64,000 bases of DNA from an uncultured Planctomycetota bacterium. Its GTDB lineage: Bacteria > Planctomycetota > PLA2 > JAEUHO01. Location of the stretch: NCBI GenBank assembly GCA_963752285.1, contig CAVVXN010000003.1, positions 352,001 through 416,000 on the forward strand, given 5' to 3'. Of this stretch, positions 55,679-64,000 are shown one piece after another. The position numbers were made by a program, and so were the translations under genes. Within the stretch, counting starts at the first letter, position 1. Each line of letters opens with the position of its first letter. The notes beneath the pieces were generated by a model, which did not search any database, was not told the DNA's origin, and saw only the letters and a program-made list of their open reading frames with translations.

Positions 55679-58600
55679 ATGGAACCGCAGTCCGGCTACT
55701 ACCGCCACCCGACGATCCACGGCGACCAGGTGGTGTTCGTCTGCGAAGACGACCTCTGGACCGTCCCGGTGACGGGCGGCTTCGCCCGACGCCTCACCGC
55801 GAGCACCGGCCGGGTCTCGTTCCCCGTGCTGTCGCCGGACGGCGCGTGGGTCGCGTACACGAGCCAGGACGAGGGACCGAACGAGGTGTGGGTGATGGAC
55901 GCGGAGGGCGGCGCGCCGCGCCGCCTCACCTGGCTCGGCCACCTCACGCAGACCGTCGGGTGGCGGCCCGACTCCAAGGCGATCGTCTTCGCGAGCGACT
56001 GGCGTCAGATCCGCCGCGGCCTCCAACATCTCGCCGAGGTCCCGGTCCAGGGTGGGCCGCCCCGTGCGCTCGAGGTGGGCCCGGCGCGGGCCGTCTCGTA
56101 CGAGCCGTCCGGGAAGGGCGTGGTCCTCGGCCGGAACAGCGGAGACCCGGCGCGATGGAAGCGCTACCGCGGCGGCACGGCGGGCACGATCTGGATCGAC
56201 CGCGAGGGCCACGGCTCCTTCGCGCCGCTCCTCGAGCTGGAGGGGAACCTCGCGAGCCCCATGTGGGTGGGCGACCGCATCTGGTTCCTCTCCGACCACG
56301 AGGGATACGGCAACCTCTACTCGTGCTCGCCCCAGGGCGGGGACGTCCGACGCCACACGGACCACGAGGACTACTACGTCCGCTTCCCCTGCACCGACGG
56401 AGCGCGGATCGTCTACCACGCCGGCGCGGACCTCTTCGTGTACGACCCGGCCGTGGACCGCGCGGCGCCCATCTCGATCCGCATCGCCAGCCCGCGTTCG
56501 TCCCGCTCGCGCCGGTTCGTGGACGCGGCCCGGTATCTCGACTCGTTCCACCTGCACCCGAAGGGACACTCCGCGGCCGTCGTCTCGCGCGGCGGCGCCT
56601 TCACGATGGGGCTGTGGGACGGCCCGGTGACCCGCCACGGCGAGGTGTCGCGCGAGCGCCGTCGTCTCGCCGCGTGGCTCGCCGACGGCTCGCGCCTCGT
56701 CTCGGTGTCGGACGCGCCGGGCGAGGAGGTGCTGGTGGTGGAGGACGCCGCGGGCGGCCCCTCGAAGGAGGTGGCGAAGGACGTCGGTCGTCCCCTCGAG
56801 CTCGTACCGTCCCCCGCGGCGCCGCACCGCGTGGCGCTCTCCAACCACCGCCAGGAGCTGTGGGTGGTGGACGTGGACAAGAAGACGAAGAAGAAGGTCG
56901 CGGAGAGCGGCTACGACCGGATCCAGGGCATGGCGTGGTCACCCGACGGGCGATGGCTCGCGTACGCCGTCCCGGTCTCGTACCGCGCCACGAGCCTCCG
57001 CCTCCTCGACGCGGACACGGGGAAGACGGTGGTCGTCACCGGCTCCGACTTCCTCGACGTCCGGCCGGCCTTCGACCCCGAGGGACGCTACCTCTACTTC
57101 CTCTCGTGGCGCGTGTTCGACCCCGTCTACGACAGCCACTACTTCGACCTCGGCTTCCCGCGCGGCGCGCGTCCGTACCTCGTCCTCCTCCGCGCCGACG
57201 ACGCCTCGCCCTTCGACGCGGCCCAGCGCGACCCGCGCGCGCCGTTCGACGCGCCCCCCGAGCCCCCGGGGAGCGTGACGAAGGCGGCCCCGGGCGCGAA
57301 GGGCGCCAAGGGGAAGGCCAAGGCGAAGGCGAAGTCGTCGGCCGCGGTCGAGGTCCGGATCGACGTCGCGGGCCTCGAGAACCGCATCGTCGCGCTGCCC
57401 GTCCCGGAGGGCCGCTACACGAAGGTCGCGGGCGCCCCCGGCCGCGTCCTGATGAGCCAGGTGCCGGTCGAGGGGACCCTCGACCGGCCGTGGCCCGACC
57501 CGGCCGAGCCGCCGTCGAAGGCCACGCTCGAAGCGTACGACCTGAAGCGCGAGAAGCGGGAGACGGTCGCGTCGGGCATCAGCGACTTCGAAGTCACGGC
57601 CGACGGCAAGACCCTCGGCCTCCGCGTGGGGAACCGCCTGCGCGTGGTGGGTGGCGGCGCCACCGCCGAGGAACTCGGCGCGAAGGAGAAGGAGCGAGGT
57701 CGCGCGAGCGGCTGGGTGGACCTCCTGCGCCTGCGCGCGGAGGTGATCCCCGGGCTCGAGTGGCGGCAGATGCTCCGCGAGGCGTGGCGCCTCCAGCGCG
57801 ACCACTTCTGGACCCCCGACATGTCGGGCATCTCCTGGACCTCGATCTACGACCGCTACCTGCCCCTCGTGGACCGCGTGGGGACGCGCGCGGAGCTCTC
57901 GGACCTCGTCTGGGAGATGCAAGGCGAGCTCGGGACCTCGCACGCGTACGAGATCGGCGGCGACTACCGGGCCGCTCCGCCCTGGTACCAGGGCTTCCTC
58001 GGCGCCGACCTCGAGTACCGCGCGCGCACGAAGTCGTGGCACGTCGTGCGGATCCCGCACGGCGACGTGTGGGACGAGCGGCAGTCGTCGCCCCTGTCGG
58101 CACCCGGTCTCGACGTCCGGGAAGGCGACCGCCTCGTGGCGATCGACGGTCGCGAGGTCGGGAAGGACGTCTCGCCCTACGAGCGGCTCGTGCACCGCGC
58201 GGGCCAGGCCGTCCGGCTGACGCTCGAGCGCGGCGCGGGGAAGGGGCGCGGCAAGGCGCGATCCGTGAACGTCGTCGCCGCGCCCGACGAGACGGCGCTC
58301 CGCTACCGCGACTGGGTCGAGGCGAACCGCGCCTGGGTTCACGCGAAGGGGAAGGGAAAGGTCGGCTACGTCCACATCCCCGACATGGGGCCCAACGGCT
58401 ACTCCGAGTTCCACCGCTACTACCGAATCGAGGTCGAACGCGACGGTCTGATCGTGGACGTCCGCTTCAACGGCGGCGGCCACGTCTCGCAGATCCTGAT
58501 CGAGAAGCTCCTCCGCCGCCGGATCGGCTACGACAAGGCGCGCTGGCAGAAGGTGCCGATTTCGTATCCCGACGCCGCGCCGAAGGGCCCGATGGTCGCG

Positions 58601-58996
58601 CTCATCAACGAGTACGCGGGCTCCGACGGCGACATCTTCAGCCACGCCTTCAAGGCGTACGGGCTCGGACCGCTCGTCGGGAAGCGGACGTGGGGCGGTG
58701 TCATCGGCGTCTGGCCGCGCCACGCGCTGGTGGACGGTTCGGTCACCACGCAGCCGGAGTTCTCGTCGTGGTTCGCCGACATCGGCTGGGGCATCGAGAA
58801 CCGGGGCGTCCCCCCGGACGTCGAGGTGGACATCCGACCGCAGGACTACCGGGCGGGCAAGGACCCCCAGCTCGAGCGCGGGCTCACCGAGGCCCTGGCG
58901 CGCGTGAAGGCGTCGAAGCCGCTCGTTCCCGACTTCGCCGACCGGCCGAATCTGCGCCCGCCCCGGCTCTCCGGGCCGAAGCGGACCCGTCGCTGA
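55679..58996 (+). CDS. Tricorn protease homolog (S41 family)
   Basis: Beta-propeller repeats, WKRYRGGTAG, GELGTSHAY, PDZ, GYVHIPDMG, AGSDGDIF and GKRTWGGVIG. Confidence 0.93.
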   Translation: MEPQSGYYRHPTIHGDQVVFVCEDDLWTVPVTGGFARRLTASTGRVSFPVLSPDGAWVAYTSQDEGPNEVWVMDAEGGAPRRLTWLGHLTQTVGWRPDSKAIVFASDWRQIRRGLQHLAEVPVQGGPPRALEVGPARAVSYEPSGKGVVLGRNSGDPARWKRYRGGTAGTIWIDREGHGSFAPLLELEGNLASPMWVGDRIWFLSDHEGYGNLYSCSPQGGDVRRHTDHEDYYVRFPCTDGARIVYHAGADLFVYDPAVDRAAPISIRIASPRSSRSRRFVDAARYLDSFHLHPKGHSAAVVSRGGAFTMGLWDGPVTRHGEVSRERRRLAAWLADGSRLVSVSDAPGEEVLVVEDAAGGPSKEVAKDVGRPLELVPSPAAPHRVALSNHRQELWVVDVDKKTKKKVAESGYDRIQGMAWSPDGRWLAYAVPVSYRATSLRLLDADTGKTVVVTGSDFLDVRPAFDPEGRYLYFLSWRVFDPVYDSHYFDLGFPRGARPYLVLLRADDASPFDAAQRDPRAPFDAPPEPPGSVTKAAPGAKGAKGKAKAKAKSSAAVEVRIDVAGLENRIVALPVPEGRYTKVAGAPGRVLMSQVPVEGTLDRPWPDPAEPPSKATLEAYDLKREKRETVASGISDFEVTADGKTLGLRVGNRLRVVGGGATAEELGAKEKERGRASGWVDLLRLRAEVIPGLEWRQMLREAWRLQRDHFWTPDMSGISWTSIYDRYLPLVDRVGTRAELSDLVWEMQGELGTSHAYEIGGDYRAAPPWYQGFLGADLEYRARTKSWHVVRIPHGDVWDERQSSPLSAPGLDVREGDRLVAIDGREVGKDVSPYERLVHRAGQAVRLTLERGAGKGRGKARSVNVVAAPDETALRYRDWVEANRAWVHAKGKGKVGYVHIPDMGPNGYSEFHRYYRIEVERDGLIVDVRFNGGGHVSQILIEKLLRRRIGYDKARWQKVPISYPDAAPKGPMVALINEYAGSDGDIFSHAFKAYGLGPLVGKRTWGGVIGVWPRHALVDGSVTTQPEFSSWFADIGWGIENRGVPPDVEVDIRPQDYRAGKDPQLERGLTEALARVKASKPLVPDFADRPNLRPPRLSGPKRTRR

Positions 58997-59097
58997 CCGC
59001 CGCGTCGCGATCCTGATACCGTAGCGGACCGTACCGAGCCCGTGGCCCGCCGTCCGACCCGACGCGGCGGAGCCCGGCTTCGACAGGGAAGCGCGCG

Positions 59098-61848
59098 ATG
59101 TCGAGAACCGTCTTCGCATTCGTCCTCGGAGTGGTCGTCGTGTGCGGGCGCGCGCCCGCCCGTGCGGCGGAGCCCGCCGACGTGGACATTCCGTTCACGA
59201 AGCACGTGCTCGGGAACGGGCTGACGCTCCTCGTCACCGAGGACCACCAGTCGCCGATCGTCGCGGTGGACGTCTGGTACCACGTCGGGTCGAAGAACGA
59301 GCGCCCCGGGCGCACCGGCTTCGCGCACCTGTTCGAGCACCTGATGTTCAACGGGAGCGAGCACCACGACGAGGACTGGTTCCGCGAGATGGCGCACATG
59401 GGCGCCACGCACGTCAACGGCACCACGAGCAACGACCGCACCAACTACTTCGAGACTGTTCCGAAGGGCGCGCTCGACGCGGTGCTGTGGCTCGAGTCCG
59501 ACCGCATGGGCCACCTCGTCGGCGCGATCGACGATGCGAAGGTGGACGAGCAGCGCGGCGTGGTCCAGAACGAGAAGCGACAGGACGACAACGAGCCCTA
59601 CGGCGAGGTTTGGGAGGTCCTGCCCTCCCTCACGTACCCGTCCGGCCATCCGTACTCGTGGCCGGTCGTCGGCTCCATGGCCGACCTCGACGCCGCCTCG
59701 GTGGACGACGTGAAGGACTGGTTCTTGACGTACTACGGCGCGGCGAACGCGGTGCTCTCGATCGCGGGCGACGTGGACACGGCCGAGGTCGTGAAGAAGG
59801 TCGAGCTCTACTTCGGCGACATCCCATCGGGGCCGCCCGTGATGCGGCCCAAGGCGTGGATCGCGAAGCGCACGGGCACGGCCCGCTTCGAGCTCGCCGC
59901 GCGGGTCCCGCAGGCCCGGGTCGAGCGGATCTGGAACACGCCGCCGTGGGGCTCCGTCGAGTCGGAGCTCCTGGACCTCGCCGCCAAGGTGCTCGGGCGC
60001 GGTGAGGGCTCGCGTCTCTACCAGCGTCTCGTCCGGAAGGACCGCCTGGCCACCGACGTCGAGGCGTACCAGGACGACAACGAGATCGGCGGCCAGTTCC
60101 ACCTCGCCGTGACGGCCGCGGAGGGCGTGGACCTCGCGCGCGTCGAGGCGGCTCTCGACGAAGCGCTCCGCCGGTTCCTCACGGACGGGCCGACCGCGGA
60201 CGAGCTGGAGATCGAGAAGACCCAGACCCGGGCCTCGTTCGTCCGCCGACTCGAGCGCCTGGGCGGCTTCGGCGGCAAGGCGGACGTCCTCGCGATGAAC
60301 CAGGTGTTCGCCGGACGACCCGACGCGTGGAAGGACTGGCTCGCCGAGGTCGCGAACGCGACGCCCCAGGCGGTGCGCGACGCCGCGGCGCGTTGGCTCT
60401 CGGACGGGGACGTCGTCCTCGACGTCCTCCCCTTCCCGAAGTTCGTGGCCGCGAAGTCCGGCGCCGACCGCGCGAAGATGCCCGAGGTGCGCACGTCCCC
60501 GGAGGCGCGGTTCCCCGATCTCGAACGCGCGACGCTCGCGAACGGGATGAAGGTGATCCTCGCCCGCCGCGCCGGCGTACCGCTCGTTCGGGCCGAGCTC
60601 CTGGTGGACGTCGGGTTCGCCGACGACCCGAGGGAGGGCCTCGGTACCGCGGCCCTGACGGGGACCCTGCTCACCGCCGGTGCGGGCGACCTCGACGCCG
60701 TGGCGATCCAGCGGACGGCCGACCGGCTCGGCGCGTCCCTCGCGGTCTCGACCGAGCCCGACTCGACGTCGATCACGCTCTCGGCCCTGCGCGAGAACCT
60801 CCGGCCGTCGCTCGCGCTCCTCGCCGAGATCGCGGTCCGCCCGACGTTCCCCGACGCCGAGGTGGACCTCGCCCGCGCCCGGCAGGTCGCCGCGATCTCG
60901 CAGGAGCGGATGGACGCCCGCGGGATGATGATGCGCATCCTGCCTCGCTACCTCTTCGGCGAGGGCGACCGCTACGCCGTGCCGTTCTCGGGCACGGGCG
61001 ACGCGGCGTCGGTCGGGAAGCTCACGCGGGCCGACCTCGTCCGGTTCCACGACCTCTGGTTCCGGCCGAGCCGCGCGACGCTCGTCGTGACGGGCGACGT
61101 CCTTCTCGACGACCTCCTGCCGCGTGTCCGGGAGGGGTTCCTGGGCTGGAAGGAACCCGCCGAGGCGCCGCCGGCCCGCGCGGCGGGCGCGGTCGAGGCG
61201 CCGCACTCCGCGGGGCCCGTCCTCCTGCTCCTCGACCGGCCCGGCGCGCCGCAGTCGGCCATCGTGGCCGCGCAGCTCGTGCCCGCCCGCGGTGACGCCG
61301 AGGAGCTCCCCGTAGACGTGATGAACGGGATCCTCGGGGGCGACTTCATGTCGCGCCTCAACATGAATCTCCGCGAGGGGAAGCACTGGGCGTACGGGGC
61401 GCGCTCCCGCATCCACGACGTCCGGGGGGTCCGTCCGCTCGTCGCGTCCACGTCGGTCCAGACCGACCGGACGGTCGAGTCCGTTCGGGAGATCCTCTCG
61501 GAGTTCCAGGGCCTCGCGGGCGCCCGGCCGGCGACCGACACCGAGGTCGCGCGCGTCGAGGCGTCGATGACCTTGAGCCTCCTCGGACGCTGGGACACGA
61601 GTCGCGCGCTCGGCGAGTCGATCGGCGAGATCGTCACCTTCGGCCTCCCGGACCGCTACTTCGACGGCTACGCGGCGCGCATCCGCGCGATCACGACGGC
61701 GGACGTAGCCCAGGTCGGGAAGCTGCTCCACCCGGATTCGCTCGTCTGGATCGTGGCCGGCGACCGCCGCCGCGTCGAGAAGGGACTCCGCGACCTCGGC
61801 GTCGCCGAGGTGCACGTCGTGGACCCCGACGGGAACGAGGTCGAGTAG
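59098..61848 (+). CDS. Secreted M16 family zinc protease (pitrilysin-like, two halves)
   Basis: Signal peptide, GFAHLFEHLMF (HxxEH), NGTT..DRTNYFE and SRLNMNLRE. Confidence 0.93.
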   Translation: MSRTVFAFVLGVVVVCGRAPARAAEPADVDIPFTKHVLGNGLTLLVTEDHQSPIVAVDVWYHVGSKNERPGRTGFAHLFEHLMFNGSEHHDEDWFREMAHMGATHVNGTTSNDRTNYFETVPKGALDAVLWLESDRMGHLVGAIDDAKVDEQRGVVQNEKRQDDNEPYGEVWEVLPSLTYPSGHPYSWPVVGSMADLDAASVDDVKDWFLTYYGAANAVLSIAGDVDTAEVVKKVELYFGDIPSGPPVMRPKAWIAKRTGTARFELAARVPQARVERIWNTPPWGSVESELLDLAAKVLGRGEGSRLYQRLVRKDRLATDVEAYQDDNEIGGQFHLAVTAAEGVDLARVEAALDEALRRFLTDGPTADELEIEKTQTRASFVRRLERLGGFGGKADVLAMNQVFAGRPDAWKDWLAEVANATPQAVRDAAARWLSDGDVVLDVLPFPKFVAAKSGADRAKMPEVRTSPEARFPDLERATLANGMKVILARRAGVPLVRAELLVDVGFADDPREGLGTAALTGTLLTAGAGDLDAVAIQRTADRLGASLAVSTEPDSTSITLSALRENLRPSLALLAEIAVRPTFPDAEVDLARARQVAAISQERMDARGMMMRILPRYLFGEGDRYAVPFSGTGDAASVGKLTRADLVRFHDLWFRPSRATLVVTGDVLLDDLLPRVREGFLGWKEPAEAPPARAAGAVEAPHSAGPVLLLLDRPGAPQSAIVAAQLVPARGDAEELPVDVMNGILGGDFMSRLNMNLREGKHWAYGARSRIHDVRGVRPLVASTSVQTDRTVESVREILSEFQGLAGARPATDTEVARVEASMTLSLLGRWDTSRALGESIGEIVTFGLPDRYFDGYAARIRAITTADVAQVGKLLHPDSLVWIVAGDRRRVEKGLRDLGVAEVHVVDPDGNEVE

Positions 61849-61995
61849 CCGAGCGACCGAGCCTTCTTCGCGCCGCGCGGCCGGGCGCACGGACCGGGGA
61901 TCGGGGCCACGTGATAGGGTGGGGATCGCGCGCGGGGCGCGCCGCCCTTCCTGCGCTCGCGGGGAGCGTGGGCGTCCGCTCGGCCCGCCCTCGAG

Positions 61996-63440
61996 GTGTT
62001 CGTGGTGCATCGATCCTCGCTGGCCGGAACGTGGTACCCGGCGGAGGCCGACCGCCTTCGCGAGGACGTGGAGCGTTACCTCGCGCCGGAGCCGCCCCAG
62101 GGCGCGACGCGCGTCCGCGCGCTCCTGCTCCCGCACGCGGGGTACCGCTGGTCGGGCCCCGTCGCGGGGCAGGCCGTCTCGATCTGGAAGGGGCGAAGGG
62201 TCGGACGGGTGGTGGTGATGGGCCCGAGTCATCGCGCCCGGCTGCACAACGCGATCGCGATGCCCTCGTCCGACGAGATCGAGACTCCGCTCGGACGGCT
62301 CGCCGTGGACCGCGGGTTCCTCGACGCCCTGTCGGTCGAGCCGGTCTTCCGGTGGATCCCCGAGGCGCACGTGGGCGAGCACAGCGTGGAGGTCGAGCTT
62401 CCCCTCCTCCAGCAGGCGCTGGGGACCTTCTCTCTCGTCCCGCTCGTCGTCGGCGACCTCGACCCCGACGCGGCGCGTCGGGCCGCCGCCGCGATCGCGA
62501 CACGCCTCGGGCCCGACGACGTCGTCGTCGCGAGCAGCGACCTCACGCACTACGGACCGCGCTTCGACTACGTACCCTTCGACGACGACGTGCCGCGGCG
62601 CCTGCGGGAGCTCGACCTGGGGGCCGTGGAAGCGATCGAGCGTTGCGACCCGGGCGCCTTCACCGAGTACGTGCGCCGCACGGGAGCGACGATCTGCGGA
62701 CGGAGGCCGATCGAGGTGCTGCTCCACATGCTGCCGGCCGACGCCACGGCTCGCCTCGTCGCGTACGACACCTCGGGCGCGATCGGGGGGACTGGGACAG
62801 CTCCGTCTCGTACGCGGCGATGGCGTTCGCGTTCGAGGCGTGGCGGGCACGCGAGGGCGACGCGTCCGATGCGACGGGACCGCGACTCGACCGCGACGAC
62901 CGTCGCGCGCTCCTCGCCCTCGCCCGGCACGCGATCGCGTACCGGCTGGCGAACGGCCGGGAGCCCGACGCGAGAGACCTCGGCTACGAGCCCACGCCCG
63001 GGACCGCCGCGCCTGCGGGGGCGTTCGTGACCCTGGAACGAAACGGTCGCCTCTGCGGCTGCATCGGCCGGCTCGCGGCGGACCGCCCCCTCTGGAAGAC
63101 CGTGGTGAGCGCCGCGATCGGCGCCGCCGTGGGCGACCTCCGCTTCCGGTCCGTCCGGCCGGACGAGGTGGACGCGCTCCAGGTCGAGATCTCCGTCCTG
63201 ACGCCGCTTCGGCCCGTGGCGGACGCCTCCGAGATCGTGCTCGGCCAGGACGGCATCGTGCTCTCGAAGGGCGGACGCTCCGCGACGTTCCTTCCCCACG
63301 TCGCCACGGAGATGCGCTGGGACCTCGCCGCGACGCTGTCCCACCTGGCCCAGAAGGCGGGCCTCGGCGACGACGAGTGGCGCGAGGGCGCGACGCTCCA
63401 GGTGTTCCAGGCCGAGGTGCTCGAGGAGCCGTGCGACTGA
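61996..63440 (+). pseudogene. AmmeMemoRadiSam protein B (MEMO)-protein A (AMMECR1) fusion, interrupted by a frameshift at a G6 run
   Basis: Frame of 61996: AGTWYP, PHAGY, GPSH, EHSVEVELP, ASSDLTHYG, TICG, YDTSG. Continues in the -1 frame with GDWDSSVSYA, GAFVTL, GCIG and ATFLP. One extra G at 62785-62790 restores a single ORF. Confidence 0.8.
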
Positions 63441-63472
63441 CCCCCGCGTCGGCACGTGCGCCCGAGGGCGGG

Positions 63473-64000
63473 TCAGCGGATGACGGCGCGGACCGCGGCG
63501 GAGCCGAACGCGGACGTCGCGAGCGTGAGGAGCGCGGCCAGGACGACGCTCGCCAGGAGCACGGAGACGATCTCGGCCCACACGACGGTGGCGACCTGGG
63601 CGCGACCGCCGCCGAGCTTCACGAGCGTCTCGATCTCGCGACTGCGGAGCCGGAGCGAGAGCAGGAACACGAGCGCCGCCACCGCGAGCACGGTCGCCCC
63701 GACCAGCACGAACGCCGCGACGACGTAGCTCTGGATCGTCACCACCGTACCGAGGAGGTCGTCGATCACGTCGCGCGGCGCGAGGATCTGCTCTCGCTCT
63801 TGGGGCTCGCCGTAGCGCCCCCGCAGGATCGTCCCGGACTTCACGTCCTTCGGGAGCGCCAGGACGGCGGTCAGGGGGAACGCGGCAGGGTCCCCGTGGT
63901 AGTGGAACGACGACTCGTTCTCGGGCGTCACCTCGTTGTACTGGACCACCGACGAGTTGCCGATGACCACGTCGCCCTCTTTCTTCAGCACCTGGGGCGC
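63473..64000 (-). CDS. ABC transporter permease (FtsX-like) C-terminal part, truncated by the window edge
   Basis: TM segments and LSLRLRSREIETLVKLGG. The frame runs off the window end. Confidence 0.75.
   Translation of the reverse strand, partial: APQVLKKEGDVVIGNSSVVQYNEVTPENESSFHYHGDPAAFPLTAVLALPKDVKSGTILRGRYGEPQEREQILAPRDVIDDLLGTVVTIQSYVVAAFVLVGATVLAVAALVFLLSLRLRSREIETLVKLGGGRAQVATVVWAEIVSVLLASVVLAALLTLATSAFGSAAVRAVIR

Overview
Very GC-rich bacterial chromosomal DNA. It is probably from a Planctomycetota-like organism; this is an inference from the membrane-anchored extended ECF sigma factor, the exported prenyltransferase/squalene-oxidase-repeat protein and the GACTCCCGACCC-type repeat. 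About 50 genes are present; most of the very long Arg/Ala/Pro-rich ORFs in the six-frame track are shadow ORFs. Main blocks: (1) the 3' part of icmF; (2) an ~12-kb copper/silver efflux locus with a Cys-rich leader ORF, two tandem TolC lipoproteins, CusB with YHS-like tails, CusA with inserted domains, CopA and a secreted triple-YHS protein, followed by a CDF transporter, with no transcriptional regulator gene in the window; (3) zinc-ribbon/lemA/htpX; (4) housekeeping genes and an extended ECF sigma factor; (5) an 8xPASTA protein and two bactofilins; (6) a sigma54 activator, kinase, TPR response regulator and Trk K+ uptake operon with a readable -24/-12 promoter and paired enhancer sites; (7) a structured intergenic transcript at ~44.35-44.59 kb carrying an 11-codon ORF with an extended perfect Shine-Dalgarno; (8) an ABC exporter, an EEP hydrolase with an apparent ATT start, tricorn and M16 proteases, and a frameshifted AmmeMemoRadiSam B-A fusion. 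No rRNA, tRNA, CRISPR array or transposase was recognised. All calls come from reading motifs by eye; no database searches were run.
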